64,000 nucleotides of DNA from an uncultured bacterium. GTDB lineage: Bacteria > SAR324 > NAC60-12. Shown in pieces: positions 39,980-48,815 of the stretch. The first letter of the stretch is position 1, and every line of letters starts with the position of its first letter. Under the pieces are notes generated by a model. The model was given only the letters and a program-made list of their open reading frames with translations, made no database searches and was not told where the DNA came from. A program made the position numbers and the translations under genes. The stretch covers positions 21,328 to 85,327 of the forward strand of contig CBFIGY010000011.1 of the NCBI GenBank assembly GCA_965662235.1. The letters are read 5' to 3'.

Positions 39980-40300
39980 TTACTCAGTTGGGGTAATGCC
40001 CCGGAGGGAGCAGACGACCGTCAGGGTCCGGGGGGTGTAGATGCCCAAGGAAGCGACCGAAACCAGGGCCTGACTCCAGGTGGCCTCAACGGTCATCTCA
40101 TAGATCCGGCCTTGGGGGCAGCGGTTGTAGACTTCAAACTGAGGCTCGCCTTCGGTGCCCCAGTACCAGTAGTCGAGGGTTTGGACAATGCGTTCCTCCG
40201 AGGGCAGCTCTGCAGGGTACCGGAGGTGCAGCTGGCAGCCACTGAGGCCTCCGAGGGTGACAAGCAGCGTCAGGTAGATTCCAATTTGCCTCAGCCTCAT
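39980..40300 (-). CDS. Bor-family lipoprotein
   Basis: Lipobox LGGLSGC. The C-terminus LVSVASLGIYTPRTLTVVCS matches the Bor/Iss signature (...LGFITLGIYTPLEARVYCS). Start placed at MRLRQIGIYLTLLVTLGGLSGC at 40300, not the ORF-track start at 40435. Confidence 0.65.
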   Translation of the reverse strand: MRLRQIGIYLTLLVTLGGLSGCQLHLRYPAELPSEERIVQTLDYWYWGTEGEPQFEVYNRCPQGRIYEMTVEATWSQALVSVASLGIYTPRTLTVVCSLRGITPTE

Positions 40301-40337
40301 GCGGGGTCCCTTCTTGCGTTCATGCTGGAAAATGCGT

Positions 40338-40823
40338 TTAATGAGATGCCTCAGGGGAATCCGGCATCCAGAACTGCCAGTCCTGCAGTTGCTCTCCACG
40401 ATACAAAAATCGGGCAGTGAAGCAACCCGGTTCAAAGATTTTCGGAGTGAAGAGCCGGTCTCCTTCCCACATGGGCCGGTTTGTGAGTTCCGGACGCGGA
40501 ACCCACTCTAGGGCGCCTTCCGGACTGGAGTCCAGCAGGGTGCCCGTAAACTCGGTGGCATGGAAGACAAACACCTGCCACTCGTCTCCAAAGGGAGAGT
40601 CTCCGAAATCAGGAAAAGTCAGAACCGCCTTGAGTCGGGGGTTCAAAATCTGCAAGCCTGTCTCCTCATGGAACTCCCGGACGGCTGCTTCGTGCGGGGC
40701 CTCGTTGGGCTCAAGCTTCCCGCCGGGGGCCAGGTAGAAGCCCTGGTGCTCATCTTCCTTTTCCCGGTGGAGCATCAGCACCTGTCCCTCATGTTCCAGA
40801 TAGAGTAACGTCCCTAATTTCAC
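40338..40823 (-). CDS. NUDIX hydrolase
   Basis: Nudix box GGKLEPNEAPHEAAVREFHEETG (Gx5Ex7REUxEExGU). Confidence 0.85.
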   Translation of the reverse strand: MKLGTLLYLEHEGQVLMLHREKEDEHQGFYLAPGGKLEPNEAPHEAAVREFHEETGLQILNPRLKAVLTFPDFGDSPFGDEWQVFVFHATEFTGTLLDSSPEGALEWVPRPELTNRPMWEGDRLFTPKIFEPGCFTARFLYRGEQLQDWQFWMPDSPEASH

Positions 40824-40841
40824 CGTCTACCAACTGTTGCT

Positions 40842-41846
40842 GTGAATCCGAAGTTTTCCAATCAAGAAGTCAGTACCTTACTGGAACGGGTGGTCCAGAA
40901 GGCGCGCGAGGAGCAGGCCACAGGTTCCGGGGCCATTCAGCCCTATGAGCTGGGCAATCAGAACCGCATCATCCGGGGGCGCATGCCGGGGCTGGAGGCG
41001 GTGCATGACCGCTTCGCCAAGACCTTCTCGCATACCCTCGGGCAGCACCTGCGACGCTCCGTCACGATCACCCGCCGAGCCATTGAGTTGATCAGCATGA
41101 AGGACCTTTCAGACGGCACACCGTCTCCTTCGGCGCTCACGGTGTTTGGGCTCTCGCCGTTGCGGGGGCAGGGGCTGCTGACGTTTGAGCAACGCCTAGT
41201 GCATGCACTGATCGACCTGATGTTCGGAGGCAGTGGCCAGTATGAAGTGAGCCCGGTCAAACGGTCGTTCACCGGGATCGAGATGCGCATGGTTGCTAAG
41301 ATCGCCCGCTCGGCCCTCAATGACCTAGGCGCCGCTTGGAAGCCCTTTGTGCAGCTGAAACCGCACTATGAACGGATTGAGACGAGCCCGAAACTGGCGA
41401 ACATCTCCACCCCGGAAGAGGTCATTGTCGTCACCACCTTTGACGTTGAGATCCACCGCAACCCCATGACGCTGCGGATTGGCCTGCCCTACCTGATGCT
41501 GGATCCCATCCGGACCCGCCTGGACGCGGCCCTGCAGCAGAATGATGAGGAGGTCAACCACGTCAACGCGGCCCGGCTCGCAGAGAACCTGCGGCACACG
41601 CAGCTTCAGGTCAGTGTTGCCCTAGGGACCACCCGCATCAGCCTCCGGCACTTCCTCAAGCTCAAGGCCGGTGATGTGCTGCGGCTGGAGCAAGATGCCG
41701 AGGCGCCGCTGTCAGCAGCGCTCAATGGCGTAACCAAGTTCCGGGGAACCCAAGGCGCCTACAAGGGGAAGGTGGCCCTGAGGGTGGAGGAGGTGCTGAC
41801 GCCTCGTCCGCGCTTCCGGGACGTTCTGGACGACCGTGACGCTTAA
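40842..41846 (+). CDS. fliM: flagellar motor switch protein FliM
   Basis: Colinear similarity to E. coli FliM along the whole protein: IQPYELGNQNRIIRGRMPGLEAVHDRFAKTF... versus IRPYDPNTQRRVVRERLQALEIINERFARHF; LSPLRGQGLL...IDLMFGGSG versus LKPLRGTGLV...VDNLFGGDG; and a C-terminal FliN-like LKLKAGDVLRL... region. GTG start. Confidence 0.85.
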   Translation: MNPKFSNQEVSTLLERVVQKAREEQATGSGAIQPYELGNQNRIIRGRMPGLEAVHDRFAKTFSHTLGQHLRRSVTITRRAIELISMKDLSDGTPSPSALTVFGLSPLRGQGLLTFEQRLVHALIDLMFGGSGQYEVSPVKRSFTGIEMRMVAKIARSALNDLGAAWKPFVQLKPHYERIETSPKLANISTPEEVIVVTTFDVEIHRNPMTLRIGLPYLMLDPIRTRLDAALQQNDEEVNHVNAARLAENLRHTQLQVSVALGTTRISLRHFLKLKAGDVLRLEQDAEAPLSAALNGVTKFRGTQGAYKGKVALRVEEVLTPRPRFRDVLDDRDA

Positions 41847-42139
41847 TCGTTGTCTCGCTCAGCCGCTGCATTGACCCGCTCCCGAAGCTCCTTGCCTGGC
41901 CGGAAGACAGGGAGCTTCTTGGGCCTCACCTGAACCTTATCCCCTGTCCGAGGATTGCGGCCTTCGTAGCTGCCATAATGCTTGAGGCTAAAGGATCCAA
42001 ATCCTCGGATCTCCACCTTGTCTCCCACCTCCAGCGCCTGCTTGATCTGGTTGAAAAAGATGCGGACCACCTTGTCGGTCAACTGCACGTTGTAGCCGCT
42101 CTCTTCCGCAAGCATTTCAATCAACTGGGATTTGTTCAT
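41843..42139 (-). CDS. ihfB: integration host factor beta subunit / HU-family DNA-binding protein
   Basis: [15 protein letters not shown]...[30 protein letters not shown]...[14 protein letters not shown] aligns closely with E. coli IhfB (MTKSELIERLA...[30 protein letters not shown]...PHFKPGKELRDRAN). Confidence 0.8.
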   Translation of the reverse strand: [98 protein letters not shown]

Positions 42140-42355
42140 TACCACACCTTTCCGAAACGACCTCCTCTGGGGAGCATTGATCATTTAAGCGATTCACCAT
42201 AGGGGATTCTTTCAGTCAGCACAAGCCCGGAGCGTGCCTTCCTCTCCATCCGGAGGCCAACGTGAAACTTGAGCTTGTTCCTTCCTCCGAATTTCGCAAT
42301 ATTGACTGTTTCCTGTATCCCCCAAACGCACACCCATCACCAAACGGAAGCAGTC

Positions 42356-43378
42356 ATGCCAGTTGCGGATTACCAAACCTATTGCAAGATGTTGGACAAC
42401 GCCAAGGAAAAGAAATTTGCGTATCCAGCCATCAATGTTTCCTCCTTGGCGACCGCCAATGCGGCGCTTCAGGCCTTTGCTGAAGCCAAGAGCGACGGCA
42501 TTGTCCAGGTTTCCACCGGCGGGGGAGAGTTTGCCTCCGGACAGGCGGTTAAGAATTCGGCTCTTGGGGCCATTTCTCTGGCACAGCATGTCCACCTGAT
42601 GGCCGAACACTACAACGTTTTCATTGCCCTCCACACCGATCACTGCCAGCCCAAGAAGGTCGACTCCTTCATGCGCCCCTTGATTGAGGAAACGGCCAAA
42701 CGCCGTGCGCAGGGGCTTCCGAACCTCTTCAACTCCCACATGTTCGACGGCTCGGAACTGCCGCTGGGAGAGAACATGAAGATTGCCCGCGAGCTGATGG
42801 AGGTCTGTGCCGCCAATGAGATCATCCTGGAAGTGGAAGCCGGTGTGGTGGGCGGAGAAGAAGACGGTGTGGACCACGGAGACCTTCCGAATGAGAAGCT
42901 GTACACCACTCCGGAAGACATGCTGGAGGTGTATGAGCAGCTCAGCTCCTTGGGGCGCTTCATGTTTGCCGCCACCTTCGGGAACGTTCACGGGGTCTAC
43001 AAGCCCGGAAACGTGAAGCTCAAGCCAACCATCCTCCGGGATGGTCAGGAGGCGGTGATTGGGAAGCACGGCGCCGCAGCGTCCCTAGACCTGGTCTTCC
43101 ACGGAGGCTCCGGATCCACTCTGGAAGAGATCCATGAGACGCTGGAGTATGGGGTGATCAAGATGAACATTGACACCGACACCCAGTACGCCTTCACCCG
43201 TCCGATTGTGGACCACATGCTCCGCAAGTACGATGAGGTCCTCAAGGTCGAAAGCGAGGTGGGGAACAAGAAGGCTTACGACCCCCGGGCGTACCTGAAG
43301 CTCGCCGAGACAGGCATGAAGCAGCGCATCATGGACGCCTGCAACGACCTCCGCTCCACCGGCACCTCCCTCTACTGA
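42356..43378 (+). CDS. fbaA: class II fructose-bisphosphate aldolase
   Basis: Blocks shared with E. coli FbaA: HTDHC, GGEEDGVD, FGNVHGVYKPGNVKLKPTILRD, FVFHGGSGST and VKMNIDTDTQ. Confidence 0.9.
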   Translation: MPVADYQTYCKMLDNAKEKKFAYPAINVSSLATANAALQAFAEAKSDGIVQVSTGGGEFASGQAVKNSALGAISLAQHVHLMAEHYNVFIALHTDHCQPKKVDSFMRPLIEETAKRRAQGLPNLFNSHMFDGSELPLGENMKIARELMEVCAANEIILEVEAGVVGGEEDGVDHGDLPNEKLYTTPEDMLEVYEQLSSLGRFMFAATFGNVHGVYKPGNVKLKPTILRDGQEAVIGKHGAAASLDLVFHGGSGSTLEEIHETLEYGVIKMNIDTDTQYAFTRPIVDHMLRKYDEVLKVESEVGNKKAYDPRAYLKLAETGMKQRIMDACNDLRSTGTSLY

Positions 43379-43439
43379 ACGTCAGGCATCCGTCTGACCG
43401 ACGCGGGCTGCGGCTCGCGTCACCTCTCAGTTCCGGGCG

Positions 43440-44039
43440 TCAGGCCGTGACCTGAACCCGGCCCTTCAAGTAACTCAGCAGCACCCCGTACAGCGGCAAA
43501 AACACCACCGTTGAGGTCACGATCTTGAGCAGTAGGTCCGTGGTGGCAATGGGGAGCCAGTTTTCTGCCATGAACGCATCGGAGCCCTGATGGAACGCCA
43601 GCCCATAGAAGAGGTAGGTGTCCAGAACATTGGCCGCCAGGGTTGAGACCAGTGGCGCCGCCCACCAGTAGCCCACGCGCTCCCGGATCTGCTGAAACAC
43701 CGACACGTCCAGCAGCTGCCCAATGAAGTAGGCCAGGCCACTTGCCAGCCCAATGCGCCAGTTGGCCAGGAGGATGGAAACGAAAATAGCCGGAAGGAAG
43801 GCCACTGCCACAATGCCCCGGGCCAGGTGCTTGTTGGTCAGGCGGACCGTCAGGTCCGTGGCCACCACCGCAAGGGGGAACACCCACATGCCCCAAGACC
43901 AGTCGATGCCCCAGGTGTTTTCCGGAAACTGCACCAGGTAGTTGGCCGCTGCGATGATGCCAATGTGCAAAAGCCCCAGTCGGAGCAGCAGGGTGGGGTT
44001 GACCTGGTTCCAGTCAAAGTACTTCTTGAAGTCAGCCAT
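43440..44039 (-). CDS. yhhQ: queuosine-precursor (preQ0/preQ1) transporter, YhhQ/DUF165 family
   Basis: Colinear with E. coli YhhQ: ...NYLVQFP...ATDLTVR...GQLLDVSVFQQIRE...WWAAPLVSTLAANVLDTYLFYGLAF...SDAFMAENW...LPLYGVLL. Confidence 0.8.
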   Translation of the reverse strand: MADFKKYFDWNQVNPTLLLRLGLLHIGIIAAANYLVQFPENTWGIDWSWGMWVFPLAVVATDLTVRLTNKHLARGIVAVAFLPAIFVSILLANWRIGLASGLAYFIGQLLDVSVFQQIRERVGYWWAAPLVSTLAANVLDTYLFYGLAFHQGSDAFMAENWLPIATTDLLLKIVTSTVVFLPLYGVLLSYLKGRVQVTA

Positions 44040-44217
44040 ACAGAACTCGATTTCGAAGAGAGGTGTTTGTCAAACGGATCAGTATCGCTGAAAACCACAA
44101 GAGGGTCAAAATATCTTCCGGCTCATGGAGCTCCTGAAAACCCCCTATTGCAAAAAAGAGCAAGTTGGCTCAAGGTGAGGTTTTTGTCCCTACACGAGGT
44201 GGTGAGACGGAGGTTCC

Positions 44218-44505
44218 ATGAGGAAACAAGTGATGGCATTTATTCTGGGAGGCAGCCTTTTGGCCTGCAGTGCGCCTCCTCAGGCCCTGACGGTGTCAAC
44301 GGACCTGCCGGAGATTGTCGTGGAGGTGGCCAAGAAGAAGGAGCTGCCGAAGCGAGAAGACCTCCCTTCTGGCATTCAGGAAACCTTTTCCCGCTCCTGC
44401 TCAGCCTACTGGGGGCAAGACTGGATCATGGTGCAGTACTGTGTGAAGAACCGCTCTGACGAGTACCTCCACCGCTACGGAGACACCCTTCCCAACCGGA
44501 CCTAG
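44218..44505 (+). CDS. small lipoprotein (hypothetical)
   Basis: MRKQVMAFILGGSLLACS contains the lipobox LLAC. 95 aa. Coding status uncertain. Confidence 0.45.
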   Translation: MRKQVMAFILGGSLLACSAPPQALTVSTDLPEIVVEVAKKKELPKREDLPSGIQETFSRSCSAYWGQDWIMVQYCVKNRSDEYLHRYGDTLPNRT

Positions 44506-45401
44506 TCTGACGTTGCTTCGGAGTGAGGGGTGAGGGTGTAGTGCTCCCAGAGGGAGGAACTGTGGTTAGAATCGGTGATGGCGTACTCACCCCGGAGGCG
44601 TCGAATGACAGCGCAGCGTTTTTCATAAGACGGAGGCGCGGCAAAGGTGGTGCTGAACTCATCGAGCACACAGTCCACTGGCTGAGCCTCTAGGGCCAGG
44701 CTGATGCGGGCCGGACCCGCGCAGTACTGCCCCCCAAAGTGCACCGTCTCTCCGCCCCACCCAATCACCTGACCCGGTAAGCACGGCAACGGTTGCACGC
44801 CGTGCAGGCAGGCCCGCAAAAGTCCCGGATTCAGACGTTCCTCTTCGCCCATGGTCTCCCAGAAGGCCTGAGAGGCTTTACGGGAGAGGACAAACATGCA
44901 TCCATTCTCCGGAGTCGCCACCGTGAGGGGAAGCCACAGGGTTTGCAGAAGCCGGTTTTGGGGATCGCGGTAGTGGTACCCCATCCCGTCGGCGTGCGGG
45001 GGCCAGCCATGACCGACGGTGCGATCGACATAGTGGAGGATGGGGTTGGCGCGGATGAAAGCAGGTTCGCCCAGAAGCTGCTGAGCCAACGTCCGGAGGG
45101 CCGGGTGGGTGATCAGCTTCCAAAGCTCCGGATAGATCAACGCGTAGGAAGACGGGTGCCCGGCGGAAACGACTTCCTGGACCAGCGAGGCACACTGATC
45201 AATCAGGCCCCGGTCCAGTGCCAGTCGCGTCCGGAACCACCCCAGCTCCTTCTGCATGGCTCGGGCGTGCTGAAGCCGCGCCCGCTGCAGCATGATCCGA
45301 GGGCGTGTGCGTGGGGTGGGGCCTGTGGCCTCTAGGTGCTGACGAAGGCGGTTCCAGTACTCCGGATGCTCCAACGGCTCGGTGCCGGTCGCAGGGGGCA
45401 T
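44502..45401 (-). CDS. PhyH-like Fe(II)/2OG dioxygenase family protein (tentative)
   Basis: The C-terminal two-thirds has PhyH-like elements (...GWPPHADG..., WLPLTVATPENGCMFVLS, ...ETVHF). The first 150 residues of the 450-aa ORF overlap the MATE gene antisense and look non-coding, so I chose MPPATGTE at 45401 as the start. Confidence 0.45.
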   Translation of the reverse strand: MPPATGTEPLEHPEYWNRLRQHLEATGPTPRTRPRIMLQRARLQHARAMQKELGWFRTRLALDRGLIDQCASLVQEVVSAGHPSSYALIYPELWKLITHPALRTLAQQLLGEPAFIRANPILHYVDRTVGHGWPPHADGMGYHYRDPQNRLLQTLWLPLTVATPENGCMFVLSRKASQAFWETMGEEERLNPGLLRACLHGVQPLPCLPGQVIGWGGETVHFGGQYCAGPARISLALEAQPVDCVLDEFSTTFAAPPSYEKRCAVIRRLRGEYAITDSNHSSSLWEHYTLTPHSEATSD

Positions 45402-45586
45402 GGCTGGGTCCTCCAGAAAGGGAAGCCGCGATCCGTTCGCTGCTTCTGGTAAGGGCCGGACTTCACGAAAACATGAGGGAGCCGCCCCAGATGCGGGGGT
45501 CACTGCACCGCAACCGGACCCAAAACACAAGGTCTTGGGCCTCAAAGGGGAAAAATTGGGTGGGGAGGGCTTCCCCAAAAAACGGC

Positions 45587-46906
45587 CTAATGAGAAGGGG
45601 CGGAGGCGGTTTCTGGGAAAATGGCACGCGAGGACAGCATTCCCAAGGAGGCGCCCCGGAGGACCATGAACACAGTCAGGGCGAGCCACAGTCCGTGGTT
45701 GCTCAGCAGCGGTTCCAGGAGAGCATAGAGGACAAAGAACGCGGCAGCACAACCGAGCATGGCGTTGCGCATGGTCCGGGTGGCCGTGGCGCCGATGTAA
45801 ATGCCGTCCCAGATGAAGGCGAAGAGGTTCAGCAGGGCTCCAACCACCAGCCACGGCAGGTAGACCTGCGCGAGCGCCACCACCTCGTCATGCGAAGTGA
45901 ACAGCTTCAGCAGCAGGGGTCCGGCAAATTCATACAGCAGCGCAAACGTGCCTCCGATTCCAGCCGCCCAGATCAGGAGCAAGCGGATGCACTGCCGGAG
46001 CCCGGAGGCGTCTCGCTGCCCAATGAAGCGTCCGACCAAACCCTGGCCCGCATTGGCAAAGCCATCGACGGCAAAGGAGATCAGCATCCACAGCTGCATC
46101 AGCAGGGAATTGGCTGCAAGCACAGCCTCTCCTTCCCAGGCTGAAGCAACGGTGAAGAAGGAGAACACCGAAATCAGCGCTAGGGTCCGGATGAGGATGT
46201 CGCGGTTGACCCGGAAGAAGTGCAGGAGGACCTCTGGATCAAAGAGGCGGCGGAGGTTTTGCTCCAGCGGAAGGTGTGGAAACCGCCACCGCAGCAAGAA
46301 GAAGGCAAAGAGAACACCGCAGTACTGGGCGACCACGGTCCCCCACGCGACGCCATCCGAAAAGAGGCCCAGGCCATAGACAAAGGTCAGGTTGCCGAGG
46401 ATGTTGAGGAGGTTGATGGCCAGGGTGAGGATCATCGGTGTCCGGGCGTCTTGCATGCCCAGGAACCAGCCACTGAGGACCATCAGCGTCAGGGTGGCTG
46501 GTGCTGCCCAGATGCGGATGTGAAAGTACGAAACGGCGGCGCCCAGCACCTCGGGCGTGGACTCCACCCACGGAAAAGCGAGGGCCGCAATTCCAGACTG
46601 GAGCAGGATCATCAGCAACCCGCCGACCAGCGCGACCAGAACGCCCCGCTGGAGCACCCGGCTGGTTTCCTGCTGATCACGCCGTCCCCAGGCCTGAGCG
46701 GTCATTCCGGTGGTGCCCATGGCCAGGAAGCCCAGGCCCCAGTAGAGGAAATTAAAGATCATGGTCCCGACCGCAAGGGCGCCCAGGTAGTGGCTCTCAG
46801 GCATGTGCCCCACCACAGCGGTGTCCACCATGCCCAGTAACGGGATGGAAACATTCGCGGCAATATTCGGGAGCGCGAGTTTCAGAATCTCACGGTTGAT
46901 GCCCAT
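45587..46906 (-). CDS. MATE family efflux transporter
   Basis: 439 aa, 12 TM segments. The N-terminus ILKLALPNIAANVSIPLLGMVDTAVVGH is the MATE (NorM/DinF) signature. Confidence 0.9.
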   Translation of the reverse strand: MGINREILKLALPNIAANVSIPLLGMVDTAVVGHMPESHYLGALAVGTMIFNFLYWGLGFLAMGTTGMTAQAWGRRDQQETSRVLQRGVLVALVGGLLMILLQSGIAALAFPWVESTPEVLGAAVSYFHIRIWAAPATLTLMVLSGWFLGMQDARTPMILTLAINLLNILGNLTFVYGLGLFSDGVAWGTVVAQYCGVLFAFFLLRWRFPHLPLEQNLRRLFDPEVLLHFFRVNRDILIRTLALISVFSFFTVASAWEGEAVLAANSLLMQLWMLISFAVDGFANAGQGLVGRFIGQRDASGLRQCIRLLLIWAAGIGGTFALLYEFAGPLLLKLFTSHDEVVALAQVYLPWLVVGALLNLFAFIWDGIYIGATATRTMRNAMLGCAAAFFVLYALLEPLLSNHGLWLALTVFMVLRGASLGMLSSRAIFPETASAPSH

Positions 46907-46975
46907 TTTTCACTGCCATCTTTGGAAAAATGCTGGTATTACTTCAAGAAATGATCGCGATCCGCTGTCCTCTTC

Positions 46976-47812
46976 ATGCTCTTCTTGCTCCTCACCCTCT
47001 CGTTCCTGATCCCGTCATCCCTCTGGGGCGCTCCTCCCAACGAGGCGGTGGTCTTACCCTTTGATCCCTACCCTAGCCTTGAGGAACAGGTGCAGCTGGA
47101 AGACGCACGGCAGCGGCTGACGCCTCTGTTTTCCTTTCAGCTTCAGGCCAAGGCGGAGCAGCTCCGGACCCAGGCGGAAACGCGGGAGCGCTTCCTCAAG
47201 GACTTTCTGGAGGCCTTTCCTCGGGTGCAGGTCTTTTGGCTCCAGACCCAGCAGGAGCGTCTGACGGTGCTGAGCCTCAGTCCGGAGCTTGGGTGGCGGG
47301 CCCGAGAGCTGGCCGGCGCTGCCGAAGAGCAGCTGACGCAGCTGGTGGCGTTTGGGCACTACGTGCAGATGCAGCAGCAACCCCTTCCGGAAGCGTCACG
47401 TCCTGCTCAGGTGCGTCAGGAACGTCCTCCGGCGCCGTTTGAGCCGTTGCGGGTCCGCCCCACCCGTCCCACGCCTCCTCCTCCCCCTCCCCCGGATCCG
47501 GAAGCCTCGTTGCAGAAGCTCCGGTTCACCCTGGCAGAGCGGCAGTACAATCAGGAGATCTGGAAACGCTTGAAGAGTCGTTTGGCCTTCTTTAAGCGTA
47601 CCGATGAGCTGCGTGGGGCACAAGACGCGCGGCTGGAACTGCAAATTGCTCCTGACGGACAGGTTGTGGAACGCAAGCTGCTTTCTCGAAGCGGTTCGAG
47701 CGCGTTTGACACCCTCGTGCTGCAGGCGGCAACCGAACTGGAACTGCCGCGTCCTCAGGCGATTTTGGTCCAACCACCCCCGTACATTGTGGTGATTCAA
47801 CTGAACCCCTAA
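46976..47812 (+). CDS. TonB-like energy-transducer family protein (proline-rich spacer plus TonB_C-like domain)
   Basis: Signal/anchor MLFLLLTLSFLIPSSLWG, Pro-rich spacer PTRPTPPPPPPPDPE, and a C-terminal ~90 aa with a TonB_C-like pattern (...SRSGSSAFDTLVLQAA...). Confidence 0.55.
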   Translation: MLFLLLTLSFLIPSSLWGAPPNEAVVLPFDPYPSLEEQVQLEDARQRLTPLFSFQLQAKAEQLRTQAETRERFLKDFLEAFPRVQVFWLQTQQERLTVLSLSPELGWRARELAGAAEEQLTQLVAFGHYVQMQQQPLPEASRPAQVRQERPPAPFEPLRVRPTRPTPPPPPPPDPEASLQKLRFTLAERQYNQEIWKRLKSRLAFFKRTDELRGAQDARLELQIAPDGQVVERKLLSRSGSSAFDTLVLQAATELELPRPQAILVQPPPYIVVIQLNP

Positions 47813-47827
47813 ACGAACCAACCTGGC

Positions 47828-48796
47828 ATGGATGCCCCCTTGGTCCGGATCACGGAGGTTTCGGAAGGAACCCCTTCCCCTCCGAATCGGTCGCCTGGAC
47901 ACGCGCTGGAGCTGATCTTCAAAGAATATGCGCCCAACACGCGGCGGGCCTACTCTCGGGCCTTCCGGGACTTTCTGAACTGGGCCCAGGTTTCGGACCT
48001 GTCCGGGCTGGCGGAGGTGGACCCCTTCAAGCTGCTGGAGTTCAAAGGCCATCTGAAGGAGTCGGGACGCAAGCCCTCCAGCATCAACCAGACCCTGAGT
48101 GCGCTCCGGAAGATTGGGAAGCTGCTGGCCGAGTTTGGGTACCTGACGCACAACCCGTTTGACACCTCGGTGCTGCGCAGTGAGAAGGTGTCTCCGACGA
48201 GCAGCAAGGGGGCGCTGCAGGTGGCTCATGTGCACGCGATGCTGCAGGCCAATGCCACCTGTGCCTACGACGCACGTCGGGCGCCGTTGCTGCGGACCCG
48301 GAACGCGCTGATCCTCAAGTTCCTCTACTTCACTGCCGCGCGTCGGAGTGAAGCCGCTGGACTGCGCTGGGAGGACCTGGATCAGGACGGCGTGTACTTT
48401 GTGGCGCGGTTACGGCATACCAAAAGTGGCGTGGAGCAGAAGCTCAAACTGCGGACGGAGCTGTATCAGGGGCTGATGAGCTGGAAGGCGATGCTGGAGG
48501 AACACGAGCTGAGCACCCCTTGGGTGTTTCCCTCGCTGGGCTTCCGGACACAGGCCCAGCAGATGGACGGCAAGGGCATCAACGACGTGGTGGTTCGGCT
48601 CGGACGTCAGGTGGGGCTCGACATTTCGGCACACTACCTGCGGCACACCGCCATTACCCTAGCACTGGAGCTGGGGGAGCCGCTGCAGAAGGTTCAGGCC
48701 TATGCCCGGCATGCCTCGGCGGACACCACGATCCGCTACTTCCATGACCGGCAGCTTCTGGAGCAGAACCCGACCGACCGGCTTCCACCGGTCTGA
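47828..48796 (+). CDS. tyrosine-type site-specific recombinase/integrase
   Basis: N-terminal SAM-like core-binding domain (RRAYSRAFRDFLNWA). Catalytic domain with R (AARRSEAAGLRWEDL), HxLRHTAIT and the terminal TTIRYFHD tyrosine. No tRNA or att-like repeat lies adjacent. Confidence 0.8.
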   Translation: MDAPLVRITEVSEGTPSPPNRSPGHALELIFKEYAPNTRRAYSRAFRDFLNWAQVSDLSGLAEVDPFKLLEFKGHLKESGRKPSSINQTLSALRKIGKLLAEFGYLTHNPFDTSVLRSEKVSPTSSKGALQVAHVHAMLQANATCAYDARRAPLLRTRNALILKFLYFTAARRSEAAGLRWEDLDQDGVYFVARLRHTKSGVEQKLKLRTELYQGLMSWKAMLEEHELSTPWVFPSLGFRTQAQQMDGKGINDVVVRLGRQVGLDISAHYLRHTAITLALELGEPLQKVQAYARHASADTTIRYFHDRQLLEQNPTDRLPPV

Positions 48797-48815
48797 GGCC
48801 GAGGGGGAAAACGGG

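Noticed and set aside
44502-45854. Full 450-aa version of the PhyH-like ORF
   Set aside because: Its first 150 codons overlap the 3' end of the MATE transporter gene antisense, and they translate to Arg/His/Pro/Cys-rich junk. Start moved to 45401.
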